DNA from: Obrimoposthia wandeli
Taxonomy: Eukaryota
Length of the DNA: 64,000 bases
Assembly (NCBI GenBank): GCA_977020255.1
Contig: CDROCS010004943.1
Span: 310,001-374,000 of the forward strand
Direction: 5' to 3'
A program made the position numbers and the translations under genes. This document shows positions 9,310-19,700 of the stretch, in pieces. A model generated the notes under the pieces. That model was not told the DNA's origin and ran no database searches. It saw nothing but the letters and a program-made list of their open reading frames with translations. Position 1 is the stretch's first letter; the number at the start of each line of letters is the position of its first letter.

Positions 9310-9618
9310 AGATATAGAATTATGGGCTGCAAAAATCCTATATTATTCTCAACTACTTCATTGAAGATTCGTATCGAGAAAATTCAATCTGTAACGATAT
9401 CTTCAAGTCTTGGAAAATCAATAAATTTACACAAACTTTCACGTAAAGTATCATGTATATATGAGCCAGAATTATTTCCAACTTTACAGTTAAACAAGTT
9501 CAACCCTATGTGTGTAAATATATTTTCTACCGGAAAAGTTGAAATTTTAGGTATCAAATCTTTAAACTATAAACATCAAGTCAAATCAATAATGAATCAT
9601 ATTGAATATTGTATATGA
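9310..9618 (+). CDS. TATA-binding-protein-like protein, second repeat (5' truncated)
   Basis: RIMGCK...KIQSVT..INLHKL..IYEPELFPTL..VNIFSTGKVEILGIK matches TBP repeat 2 (KIQN..YEPELFPGL..IFVSGKVVLTGAK). Confidence 0.85.
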   Translation, partial: RYRIMGCKNPILFSTTSLKIRIEKIQSVTISSSLGKSINLHKLSRKVSCIYEPELFPTLQLNKFNPMCVNIFSTGKVEILGIKSLNYKHQVKSIMNHIEYCI

Positions 9619-9704
9619 TTGTATATGATTGGTTAAAACTGTACATATAAACTTCATGCAGAGTAACTCACCTAAATCTTTATACATGGAATACAAAATG
9701 TCAT

Positions 9705-10052
9705 TTGAATTTGAATTACAAAATGAATACATTGAAGAACAGTTGGATATTTACATTTTCATTACCAGTATCCATTAGTTTAGCCAAATTCAATCATAAA
9801 CTGAATGATATTACAATGTCAGATATGGAAAACTTGAATAAAACACTGGAGCGAATGAATATCAAATATGCTTTGGAAAAACCGTTTATGTTTTTAAGAT
9901 GCGAGGATTTCTTTGACCGATTTGGAAAGAAAATAAACTTTGAATATGATTGTGAATGGTTGATTGATATATCAATACAAGGATTCAAAGAGAATAAAGA
10001 ATGTCAAATCACTCCAATTTGGAAGGTGAAGTCTGCTCATCAGTGTTTTTAA
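9705..10052 (+). CDS. Polinton hypothetical protein (115 aa)
   Basis: Open ORF co-oriented between the TBP-like and ATPase genes. No family recognised with confidence. Confidence 0.55.
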   Translation: MNLNYKMNTLKNSWIFTFSLPVSISLAKFNHKLNDITMSDMENLNKTLERMNIKYALEKPFMFLRCEDFFDRFGKKINFEYDCEWLIDISIQGFKENKECQITPIWKVKSAHQCF

Positions 10053-10177
10053 TACATGTTATAACTAGCCTTTATTATTCTTGAATAATATACATAATAA
10101 TGTATTTTAAACTTTTAATAAATATACTTATCAGAAAAATTGTTGAAGTAGTAACATAAACAATGTGTTTTTTCTAG

Positions 10178-10802
10178 AAATGTTTTATTATGATTTTAAA
10201 AAAATAATGTAGTTTATCAGGTAGTAGGGCCTTCTGGTAGGGGAAAGACGTCTTTTGTTTGAAAATTATTGAAAAGTAATTTATTTAAATATTCCTTTAA
10301 AAGGATTTATTGTCATCAAGGTGGTGCCTTTTGTGATTTAAAAAATGTTGATGTAATTGATGGTTTTGATTAAAATTGGTCAAATAGATTGAAAAAGGGA
10401 GATGTAATTGTAGTAGATGATTTATATCAAGAAGCCAATAAAGAAGCCGATTTTAATAATCTGTTTACTAAAATTGCTCGTCATAGGGAAGTTACTGTAC
10501 TCTTTATAACACAAATCCTGTTTCATCAATGAGGAGCTCACAGAACACGTAATATTAATGTACAATATTTGATATTATTTAAAAATCCTCGGGATCAAAC
10601 TGTTGTGGATTTTATTGCTAAACAGACTTATTCACATAATAAACGCTTTCTTATTGATTCGTTTCATGATGCAACAAAGAAGGCACATGGGTATTTATTC
10701 ATTGAATTTACACAAGATTGTCTTAATGATTTTAGAATTTCTACTGACTTATTTAATCCTCACGGTTATATTGTATATAAACAAAAAATAATTAACAGCT
10801 AA
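10178..10802 (+). pseudogene. Polinton packaging ATPase (A32/FtsK-HerA family)
   Basis: Walker A GPSGRGKT at 10227-10250, Walker B VIVVDD, then LFTKIARHREVTVLFITQ..YLILFKNPRD..DAT..HGYLFI. Internal stops. Confidence 0.92.
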
Positions 10803-10829
10803 ATCAAAATGTATTTTAAAAAGGTTTTG

Positions 10830-11170
10830 ATACCACATGAGAGATGATAAGTTAAAAAACTAATTTCCAACGTTTTATTTCAAAGAAAATCCAATCCATA
10901 TATTAATATACTATTAAAGACACTTAATTCTCGTAGAATGAGAATTTTAAAGTATTTTTCGACATTTGTAATAGATGATATTATTAAAGTATTCATTAAA
11001 ATAATAAGCGGTACAGTAAAAGTCGGTAAATAGGCTAATGCATTAAAGCAGTATAAACAACCACTTTTAAGAACCAAGAATAATTTAGGTAAACGTAAAA
11101 TATTTCTTTAACAATCAGGTGGTATTCTTCCGGTTTTAGCACCAATACTAGCATCACTAGCACTGTGCGT
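10830..11170 (+). pseudogene. Polinton small basic core/pVI-like protein with xGG motif
   Basis: IIKVFIKIISGTVKV..LKQYKQPL..KRKIFL*QSGGILPVLAPILASLA matches the conserved Maverick QxGGFLP.LL.PIL ORF. Confidence 0.65.
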
Positions 11171-11249
11171 TATAAGTTCATTGTTTTAATGGGTCTTGGA
11201 TCATCAATGTTGCTAAATTTCAATTTTAATTTGAAATCTTCATTCTGTA

Positions 11250-11400
11250 ATGGAAAAGACGATGTCAATATGGTTCGATCCAGAGAATCCAGTTGGATTC
11301 ACAGGAGTCTCAAAGTTGGCAGAAAAGACAAAGTCAATATAAATGTTTGCTCAGAAATATCTGAGAAATTAAATGGCCTACAGTTTCAACAAACCAAAGG
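11250..11400 (+). pseudogene. Polinton integrase N-terminus (truncated by deletion)
   Basis: MEKTMSIWFDPENPVGFTGVSKL...AYSFNKP, homologous to the start of the 14698-15696 integrase. Confidence 0.75.
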
Positions 11401-11750
11401 AAAGCTGGATTAACTGAATTTTCTTTCAATTACTCTCCAATATTAATTCAAAGTGGAACTGAAATTGAATATATTACTCAACAAGAAGTTGATAAAGTAA
11501 TTGATGTAACTTTACTATTTGATATGGGAGAATTATATTTGGCGCGTATTAAGCCAGGGATAATTTAACAATATTTTTAAATAAAGAGAATCGAATATAA
11601 ATTGCAGGACAAGGAGATGATTTTGAAATAGTTTTTAATGATGACATTATTGCAGAACAATATGGATTTCCGACTGACACTAATAAAAGAAAATATATGT
11701 TTTCAGGAATTATGGATAAACAAATTAAAATCAAACTTTAATATAACTAT
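11400..11750 (+). pseudogene. Polinton minor capsid (penton) fragment fused to the integrase by deletion
   Basis: KAGLTEFSFNYSP matches WEAALT*FSF of the 13915-14690 penton, followed by IAEQYGF (LA..LGF motif). Confidence 0.55.
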
Positions 11751-12289
11751 TAAATATTCTTAGATATTTGCATTTACATATTACAATATCTAGCCATTTT
11801 GCATAATATTTATAAATATCAAATATAATTTAATTAGCACTTGTTTACTCACAATTACTAAAGTAAAAATATTGAAATATATCAAATTTATTCAAAATTA
11901 ACCTAAACTTATTTGAATGAAAATTCCAAGACATAAATATGTACGCAAATAATATTACTGAGATGAAAACAGTCACTCACTGGATTTATGTAAAGCTGTG
12001 ATAATAGTGTTGAGATCCAAAACTGTGAAAGTCAAATACTAATTATCGAAAACTTCCTTTTATTGAAAAGAAATTGGCTCTTCCTACAATCGTTATTGAT
12101 TATTGATTATTGATTCAAAATGTAAAAATGAAACTGAAATATGTAAAAATCCTTCAGTTGTAATAGCACACACTCACGAGAAAGAATCGCCGGATACACA
12201 AAGTCGACATGCATCAATATAAACAAATGATAAGATCTTAGTGTGTTGATGCGATTTGACCTTAGTGGATATGTCAATCACACATCGCT

Positions 12290-12340
12290 GACTCATTGAG
12301 GGGTAAGGGGGTACTGGCCGGTATCGACACACCTACCTAT
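12290..12340. mobile_element. Possible third Polinton terminus closing the 9001-12340 element
   Basis: Ends ...gacacacctacctat (reverse complement ATAGGTAGGTGTGTC) after G-runs, similar to AGTAGGTAGATGTGTC termini. Confidence 0.35.
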
Positions 12341-13009
12341 TAAGCTGCATTGAATTTAATTTCTAGTCGTAAATTTCCATCTTTTGGTAATTTGCATTGG
12401 TTTATATCAAAGTCTGGTGCCAAAACAAATATGAAGATTTTTAATTTATATTAAATACCTTTAAATAATCTAAGTATGAAATTGATGTATTTAAAGAAAG
12501 TGTCTTTATAATGTCTTTATGATGAATAGTTCCAACACGTGGTAGATCTTGTAAATAAATTTATATAATACTTATCAGTAGATTGCTTATTTTTAATAAA
12601 TAAACTTTGTAAATTTTTTATTACTTTGTTTTAAAAGTAATTAATTTTAAAGTAATAAATTTTTGAAGAAAATAAGTTTTTGAAGAAAATAAATTTTCAG
12701 GAAATAAAGTTTTGATGAAAACATTTCAGACAAAAATTTTCATGTACAAAATTTTTTGGTGAAAATGATGTACAAGTGATTTAAAAACTTTTTTATTGTT
12801 GACTCCAAAAGGTTTTGAATATTTAAACAAAAACTTTTTGAAAAAATAATTTTTTGAATATTTTTTGACCCTTGAAGGTCTAATCCAAGTCAGTTCAAGG
12901 CTATTAAATTTAACTTTGAAAAGTAGAAAAATAAATTTTTTTGAAGGTTTGGACCTTTGATGTTCAGCCTTGAAGGTTTTAGACTCTTTCAGAGAAGCTA
13001 TTCAAACAA

Positions 13010-13160
13010 CCATATTAAAGAATCAACTCAAAGAAGGAATTCGAAGAATCAGCAATAAGAAGTACCTTAAAAGAAGCTACTCAAATAGCTTACTTAAAAG
13101 AACCAACTCAAATAACTTCCTTAAAAGAAGCAGCTCAAATAATCAGCTCAAAGAAATACC
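13010..13160 (+). repeat. Degenerate ~30-bp tandem repeat (cttaaaagaagcagctcaaataa)
   Basis: Four to five imperfect units inside ORF 12970-13224. Confidence 0.5.
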
Positions 13161-13679
13161 ATCAAGAGTGAGTAACCATGTGCTCATAGTCTTTGAAATG
13201 TTCTCAAAATGTGAAAGGAAATAATTCACAAAGAACAAAGCACATCACGTGTACAAATGTTGCAATTATTTGTAAATCACACACTCACACAGTCAAGGTG
13301 ACATTTTCATCACATCTGTGCGAGTGTGGGAATTTATCTTTCCTGCTGCACGCACACATACTCCAATACAAGGCAGAGATTTTCTCTGTCTTGTATTGGA
13401 GTATGTGTGCGGCTAATGGCAGCAGATTATGCCAGAATCACATCAGTCTACCGCTGGATGGATTTATGCTACAGTATTAGGTAAGTTTTAATTTATATTT
13501 ACTTTCTACTGCAATATCGAATGTAAGTTTTTTCAATATATATATGTTTGAAAGACATAATAGTGGGACAAATATCTATCGATTGTTCTTCTATTGTGTT
13601 TTTCAAACATTATTTGAATAATCGTCAATCTATATTCGATCAATAATCCTTTTAGATGATGGGATTGGATGTCTGTCTT

Positions 13680-13918
13680 TCATGGCATGAGCTCATAGTG
13701 AGCACATGGGCTCATGAACCTTGATAGCATGCTAGCCCTATCATAACCTTGAGCTCATGGTGGGCACAATAGCTCATGATCATATAATAATAACCTTGGG
13801 CTCATGGTAAGCACATGGGCTCAAAATCGTACAATAATAATAACATTGGGCTTATGGTGGGGACATGAGCTCATAAGCTCATAATAAACTTGAGCTCATG
13901 GTGAGCACATGGGCTCAC
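13680..13918. repeat. Minisatellite (aaccttgagctcatggtgagcacatgggctca core, ~50-60 bp period)
   Basis: Four to five diverged units containing GAGCTC palindromes. Confidence 0.8.
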
Positions 13919-14690
13919 ATAATGAATGCACCATAGAACAAAGGACATGCCTGATATTTAGCTGTTATGGTTTTTACTGTATGTGTTTCAAAGTTATTTT
14001 TTGTTAAACCAAAGTTTTCAGCGAGTTTATCATCAAAAAAAACCCGTTTTATATTGCTCTTTACTGTAAACGTCAACTTACCATTTTTTAATGTTACACA
14101 TTTATCGTAATATTCACTAAATTGCTTCATTATAAATTTACATAAATTCACTTCACTATCTATTTTATAATATTTTGAAATCTTTTTCAGTTCCAGTACA
14201 TCTTTAAATCTACTTTCAGCTAACAACAGTTTTGCTAATCAACTAGGAACATTTCTAACCAATTTAGATGAGACAATGTTTCGTTTCTTATTACCTATTG
14301 CATGTTCACTATTAGAACCGAATTGAAGAGCTTCTTTTTAAAAATTCAAATGTCAATTGAATCAATTGAATCAATTATAATTGATTTTTAAATACAACTT
14401 TTTATATTCATATAATACTTTCACTCCTTTATTTATACAATTAAAATATAATTTATTGTACTATAAAACCGTATCACAACAATATTTGCTTTACCGTATT
14501 TGATTTCTTTTAAAACGAAATATGAATTTTTTTTCTGATAGCAATTGGAGAATAAAAAAGAAAATTATGTTAAAGCCGCTTCCCATTTTCCTTGGAGATT
14601 TATAGGATTTTCCTAATCGATAATAAAGCTACTAGCATCATTATCCGGCTGAATTTTCGGGCATCTGCTTCTAGGTAAAACCATATATAA
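13915..14690 (-). pseudogene. Polinton minor capsid (penton) protein, N-terminal part
   Basis: LYMVLPRS...PDNDASSFIID*ENPINLQGKWEAALT is the typical FY..LPSN..PDN..F...L.G.WEV.L start. It continues into ORF 13915-14226 (KLAENFGL). Confidence 0.8.
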
Positions 14691-14697
14691 AGATTTC

Positions 14698-15696
14698 AAG
14701 TAAGATATGAATAACCATGCCATTTAACAAAGTATTGTATATGTTTATCAGTACCTTTAGATTTTAATTTTTTTTTGAATTTGGTACACGTTAGATTTAT
14801 TTGATGTTACTTGTAGTTCTTGTTCGTAAAATTCACCTTGAATGATATTGCTGCCAAAACTTTAATAGTATACATTATCGGATTACTCTTTTGATAAATT
14901 TTACTTATACAACATTTTTAATAACTCCCATTCTGATCAAAACATTTAATAAGTAGAGAAGAGCTAATTTTATAAATTCGACCATATTTGTTTTTCTTAT
15001 ATTTTACCTTTCTAATATTTTCTTTTTAATTCCTATTTATCAAAATATCCAGAGTTTTTATCAATAACATGTACTGGTCTGATTCCTTTGAGACTTTCGT
15101 GTTCAGAGTGATTATTTGCATGTATTATTTTGGGTAAAACTTTGATCCATTTTTTATTTATTTATTTTGTGAAAGACGTTTTTATTCGATCTAACAAAGT
15201 ACGATTAAATCTTTCTACTACTGATGCTTTGTACTGCAAAATTACCAAGTAGTGATTTATATTGTTTTGTTAAAATAATGATTGAATTTGCTAATTATAA
15301 AATTCTTTTCCTAAATCAGTATGCACATTTTGTGGAATGTCCTCTTATAATATTTCTTTAATGGCTTCAACCATAGCTATTGAAGACTTTGCTTTAACTG
15401 AAACTGCACGAGCAATCCTTCTAAATACATCAATACATGTTAAAATATATATGTATTCCTTATTAATGAAGAATATAGAATCATCTCCATCAAATTGATT
15501 TGCCATAAATTATTAGGATTGCTGGTTTTGTATGCTCTAGTTGGAAACATTCTTCTCATCGACTTGTTTAGACTGTAGGCTAACTGATCGCTCAGCCATT
15601 TATGCGTTTTCTTGTAATTCTATTTTTTTTTGTTGCCATTTTTGAAACTCCTGTGTAGCCAATTGGATATTTTGGATTGAGCCATATCTTCTCCAT
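14698..15696 (-). pseudogene. Polinton retroviral-like integrase with C-terminal chromodomain
   Basis: MEKIWLNPKYPIGYTG; YILTCIDVFRR; VHTDLGKEFYN; KASVVERFNRTL; QYFVKWHGY. Several stops and frameshifts. Confidence 0.9.
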
Positions 15697-15763
15697 TAAA
15701 ACAATTAGAATATATAGATAATTTAAATTTGGGTAAAGAAGGGTTATCACCCATATCTTTGGG

Positions 15764-16024
15764 TTATTTTTGAAATAATTGTATTGTCCTTGTTATAGCT
15801 ATAATGCTATTAATAATTGAATCAACAAGTGCTATAACAGTGTATTTAAAACCACCGTTATGTTTAAGAATAATATTTCGTTTCCGTTTTTTACTTTTAA
15901 CATTAGTAATATCTACAATAGTTTTTCTTTGTTTCTTCAAGACATTTTTCTTTTTTCTAATTTTTACTCGACCCAAAACTATGTTATTCAATATAAATAT
16001 TAATATTAATATATTGAGTGACAT
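15764..16024 (-). CDS. Polinton small basic core/pVI-like protein with xGG motif (second homolog)
   Basis: NIVLGRVKI..LKKQRK..KKRKRNIILKHNGGFKYTVIAL, directly upstream of the integrase as in the 10830-11170 copy. Confidence 0.65.
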   Translation of the reverse strand: MSLNILILIFILNNIVLGRVKIRKKKNVLKKQRKTIVDITNVKSKKRKRNIILKHNGGFKYTVIALVDSIINSIIAITRTIQLFQK

Positions 16025-16267
16025 TGAGTAAAGCTAATGGTGTTTTATGTTTGATATTTTTAATACTGAGATTAATTTTGTGTTCTATTTTTTTTTCTCA
16101 TATATACTTAAAGTGAAGCCTATATTAGGTTTTATATTTTTTTAAATAATTGTTTTGAAATTAATTTTGTCTTTTTTTCTAATAAAAATATATATAAGTC
16201 TAACCTACATATTTTTATCCTCCTAACAGGCATAAAAATGTAGTCATTTATTCATACAAAATTATTA

Positions 16268-16315
16268 TTTGAAATCTCGTCTACGATAAGTCAATGGAGT
16301 CAATATGAATTCAGA
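16268..16315. mobile_element. Fragment of Polinton subfamily-2 subterminal sequence
   Basis: ttgaaatctcgtctacgataag...atatgaattc matches about 54825-54870 and the reverse complement of about 40250-40290. Confidence 0.55.
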
Positions 16316-18296
16316 TATGCACGTAATTTCACTCTAAGTAACACACAAAAATATTGTTATAGCGTTCAAAACAAGGCTCTGACACTCTGAATATCGTTGC
16401 ATAACATTACCTATGCTGCTGCTTTCATTTGGTAAGCATAAAATACTAGCTTCTTCAATAGTATTAGCATTCATCGCACATCTTCATAAAATTACAAAAT
16501 TCATAATTACGATAACTGAATAACATAATATCTAACTATTATATAGCTGCACACTCAAACACCAAGCACTGTAAAATGCAACAGTCTTGCAGACCTGGCC
16601 TTCAATTGGCACACTTTATAAAACTACAAATGATTAATAGTTGATCAAGCAAAAATTAAAACAGTATTTCTATGATTTTAATTGAAATCTTTGGAAATTT
16701 AGATACCAAAATAAGCTAATAAAATTTTATAAAATTCTCAAAAAATATCAGAACAGAAAAAGCACAGTATCTACCGAACAACCTTAATTATAGAGAAAAT
16801 TGCTTCTATCCTGAAGTAAAATCGCAAAGAATGTTGCTAGAAAGCAGGAAATAAAAGTTTACGTCAGTTTCAGCTTCTGTGGTAAACATCACAATTAAAT
16901 CACTGATTCATTATCTTTCTCAGCTAATCCATGTGGCTCTCAAGTCATGCCTGTAGCTACATAATTGCATCACCTTACACCAAACTTCATGTACACATTT
17001 CTCAAATAATTGCGCTCTTTCTCACCAAGACGTCCACAGGTAGAGTTTAGGGTCTGGTATAATAACATCAACATGACAAATAAATTCATAATTCAATTTC
17101 TCAGCTTTTCTTTATTCTTTACATAACAATACATTATAAATATTTAAATCGCATTTGCACTATATGGTGTCCCAAAAATATCTCCCTATTTACATTTTCT
17201 CATTTAACTTTCCAAAATTATGCTTTCTTAAGACTGTGTTTGAAAATAATATAAAGTAACAATTCATTTGTACATACTGGTTAATTAATAACTTTACAAT
17301 AAATTACCATAAAAATTAAAATAGGTACCAACAATTAGGTAAATGTGCAAAATGATCAAGTACTCTAATACATGAATACATGCACTTTCAGTCGTCAATG
17401 GAAATTAAATGATAAATATATTGATTTTCTGACATAAATTTTGTGACATCAGTAGGTAGAAGGATGGAGTCTATGCCACTTAACCCCCCCACCCCTCATC
17501 ATGTGCACACAATGTCAAAGGATTTCTCAACATAAGGATGTCACATCATAAGGGTATATGTTGACTCACCATAAGGATGTCTTGTCACAACATAAGGGTC
17601 TGGCTCAGAAAGGTTATGATAGGGGGAGGAGGAAGGGTTAAGTGGCTTAGTCTCCATCCTTCTTATGGTTGACCAACATAGCCTAGGGTTGTGGTCGTCC
17701 ATAATTCAAAGGGTCGGCAGAGTTTTGACTTGAAGGTTTTAAGGTATGATCATATCCGTCTATGGTTGGCCATCACATCTAAAGGGTTGTGGTCGTCCAT
17801 AATTCAAAGGGTCGGGCTAAAACAAAATCAAGTTTTAAATATCAAGGTTTTAGTACATGGTTGGAATCATCTTTAGAAGGCGAATTCATCCATATAGGTA
17901 TGGTCGTTCATAGATGAAGGGTTAAAAATTTTTGGAATTTCATAGTTTTAAGAACATGGTTGTATTCGTCAACATATTACGAGTTTAATCATGTAAAAAG
18001 TTTATGGTCGTTCACAATGTAAGAGTCAGATTTGGCATAAGTTAAAGAATTATATAGTAATTAATCAATTATTCTTTGTGAAAGTTAAAGTTCACTCTTA
18101 TCAGTTAAGGAATGTTTTACGTAATAATACACACACTATTCTATGTGAAAATTTAGATAAAAGTTTTTTCAAGGCTTATGCATCTAAAGAATTATAATAA
18201 AATTTCTTTAAATAACTTAAATTATATATTAAAATAAAATAAAATAAGAAAGAAGTCAGAGAATAATACAAAATTAAACACATTTATTATGTTATT

Positions 18297-18378
18297 TCAT
18301 AATGTCATATTCAAACTTAAGTGAATAACATTTACAAAGTAAGAAAATCCATTCTTTATACATTCTTCTTTCCGATTC
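18297..18378 (-). pseudogene. 82-bp pPolB remnant
   Basis: EWIFLLCKCYSLKFEYD, a near-exact match to about 50480-50550. Confidence 0.75.
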
Positions 18379-18399
18379 AACGACTAAGTTACTGCGTCA

Positions 18400-19700
18400 T
18401 TAATAGAAAAAAACAAAACAACAACACTAAGTTTGACGCTATGACTGAAAATCAATAAAATATTAATGTATTTTAATATATTTGAATGATAGTTTGAATA
18501 AATGAGAGTTAGATTGAATGTAAATAAATGCAAGTATGAATGCAATTGAATGCAAATACAAGTAAGAGTCTTAGCAAGTGAATGTTATTTTTAAAAAAAT
18601 AAGAGTGCCGAGAGTATGATTGAATGAAAGTGTTATTTAGACTATAAGTAAATTAAAATAGAGTTTTCGTATGAATAAAGTTATGTTAAGTTACAGTTAG
18701 ATTAATAACAAGTAAGCAATTATAAGAAGCAGTAATACTGAGTTATGTTAAAAGTTAGAATTACTAAGTTACAGCAAGATTAATAGAAAACAATAATATG
18801 TTTGACGGCCATTTAAAACTTCTTTTTGGTAAAGGTTGATTAAACATTTAATAACATTCCTTAATTAATTAATTTTTTTTTAAAACAGATAAACTTTAAT
18901 TATTTATTTTTAAAGAACTTGGTTAAAGAAATGTTTAATTATATAATTTGAATATTAACATTATTCGATTTACACTTTAAACATTCGAAATTATCTTTAA
19001 CACATTAAAAAAAAAAACTTCGATTTTTTAAATTTGTATCGAATTTTGAAAATTCATTTGCAAACACATGTTATTCAAAGCTACTGAAAGCTCAGTATAT
19101 AAATTCGAATATCAAATCTTTAATTATATTGTTTTATATGTAAATAAATCAAATTATGTACATATTCGATTATCAACTTAGTATTTCTATTTATTATTCG
19201 ACTTTCTAAAATAATTAAAATGTCTTGTAGGAACACATAAAATTAATAATCGATTGTATGAATTAATACAAGAATGAATGCAAGTGAATGCAAGAATGAT
19301 TGTAAGTGAATACAAGTATGAATGCAAGTGAATGCAAATACAAGTAAGAGTCTTAGCAAGTGAATTAAATTGAAAAATAAGAGTGTCGAGAGTTTCATTG
19401 AATGCGAGTGTAATTTAGACTCTAAGTAAATTAAAATAGAGTTTTCATATGAATAAAATTTATATTAAGTACCAGTTATATTAATTACAAGTAAGCAACT
19501 ATAAGAAGCAGTAAAAATATTAATGAATTTGAATGCTAGTTTGAATAATGAGTGTAAATGAATGTAAATGTAAATGAATGTAAGTATGAATGCAAGAGAA
19601 TACAAATACAAGTAAGAGTCTTTGCAAGTGAATGTAAAACTGTAAGTGAGTACTAGCTAATTATTAAATTAATACTATCAATCAATGAAGATGATGTAAC
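18400..19700. repeat. GAATGCAAGT-type short repeats in ~500-bp higher-order units
   Basis: Repeated tgaatgcaag/aaatacaagtaagagtcttagcaagtgaatg blocks. The same array occurs at 51860-53830. Confidence 0.85.
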
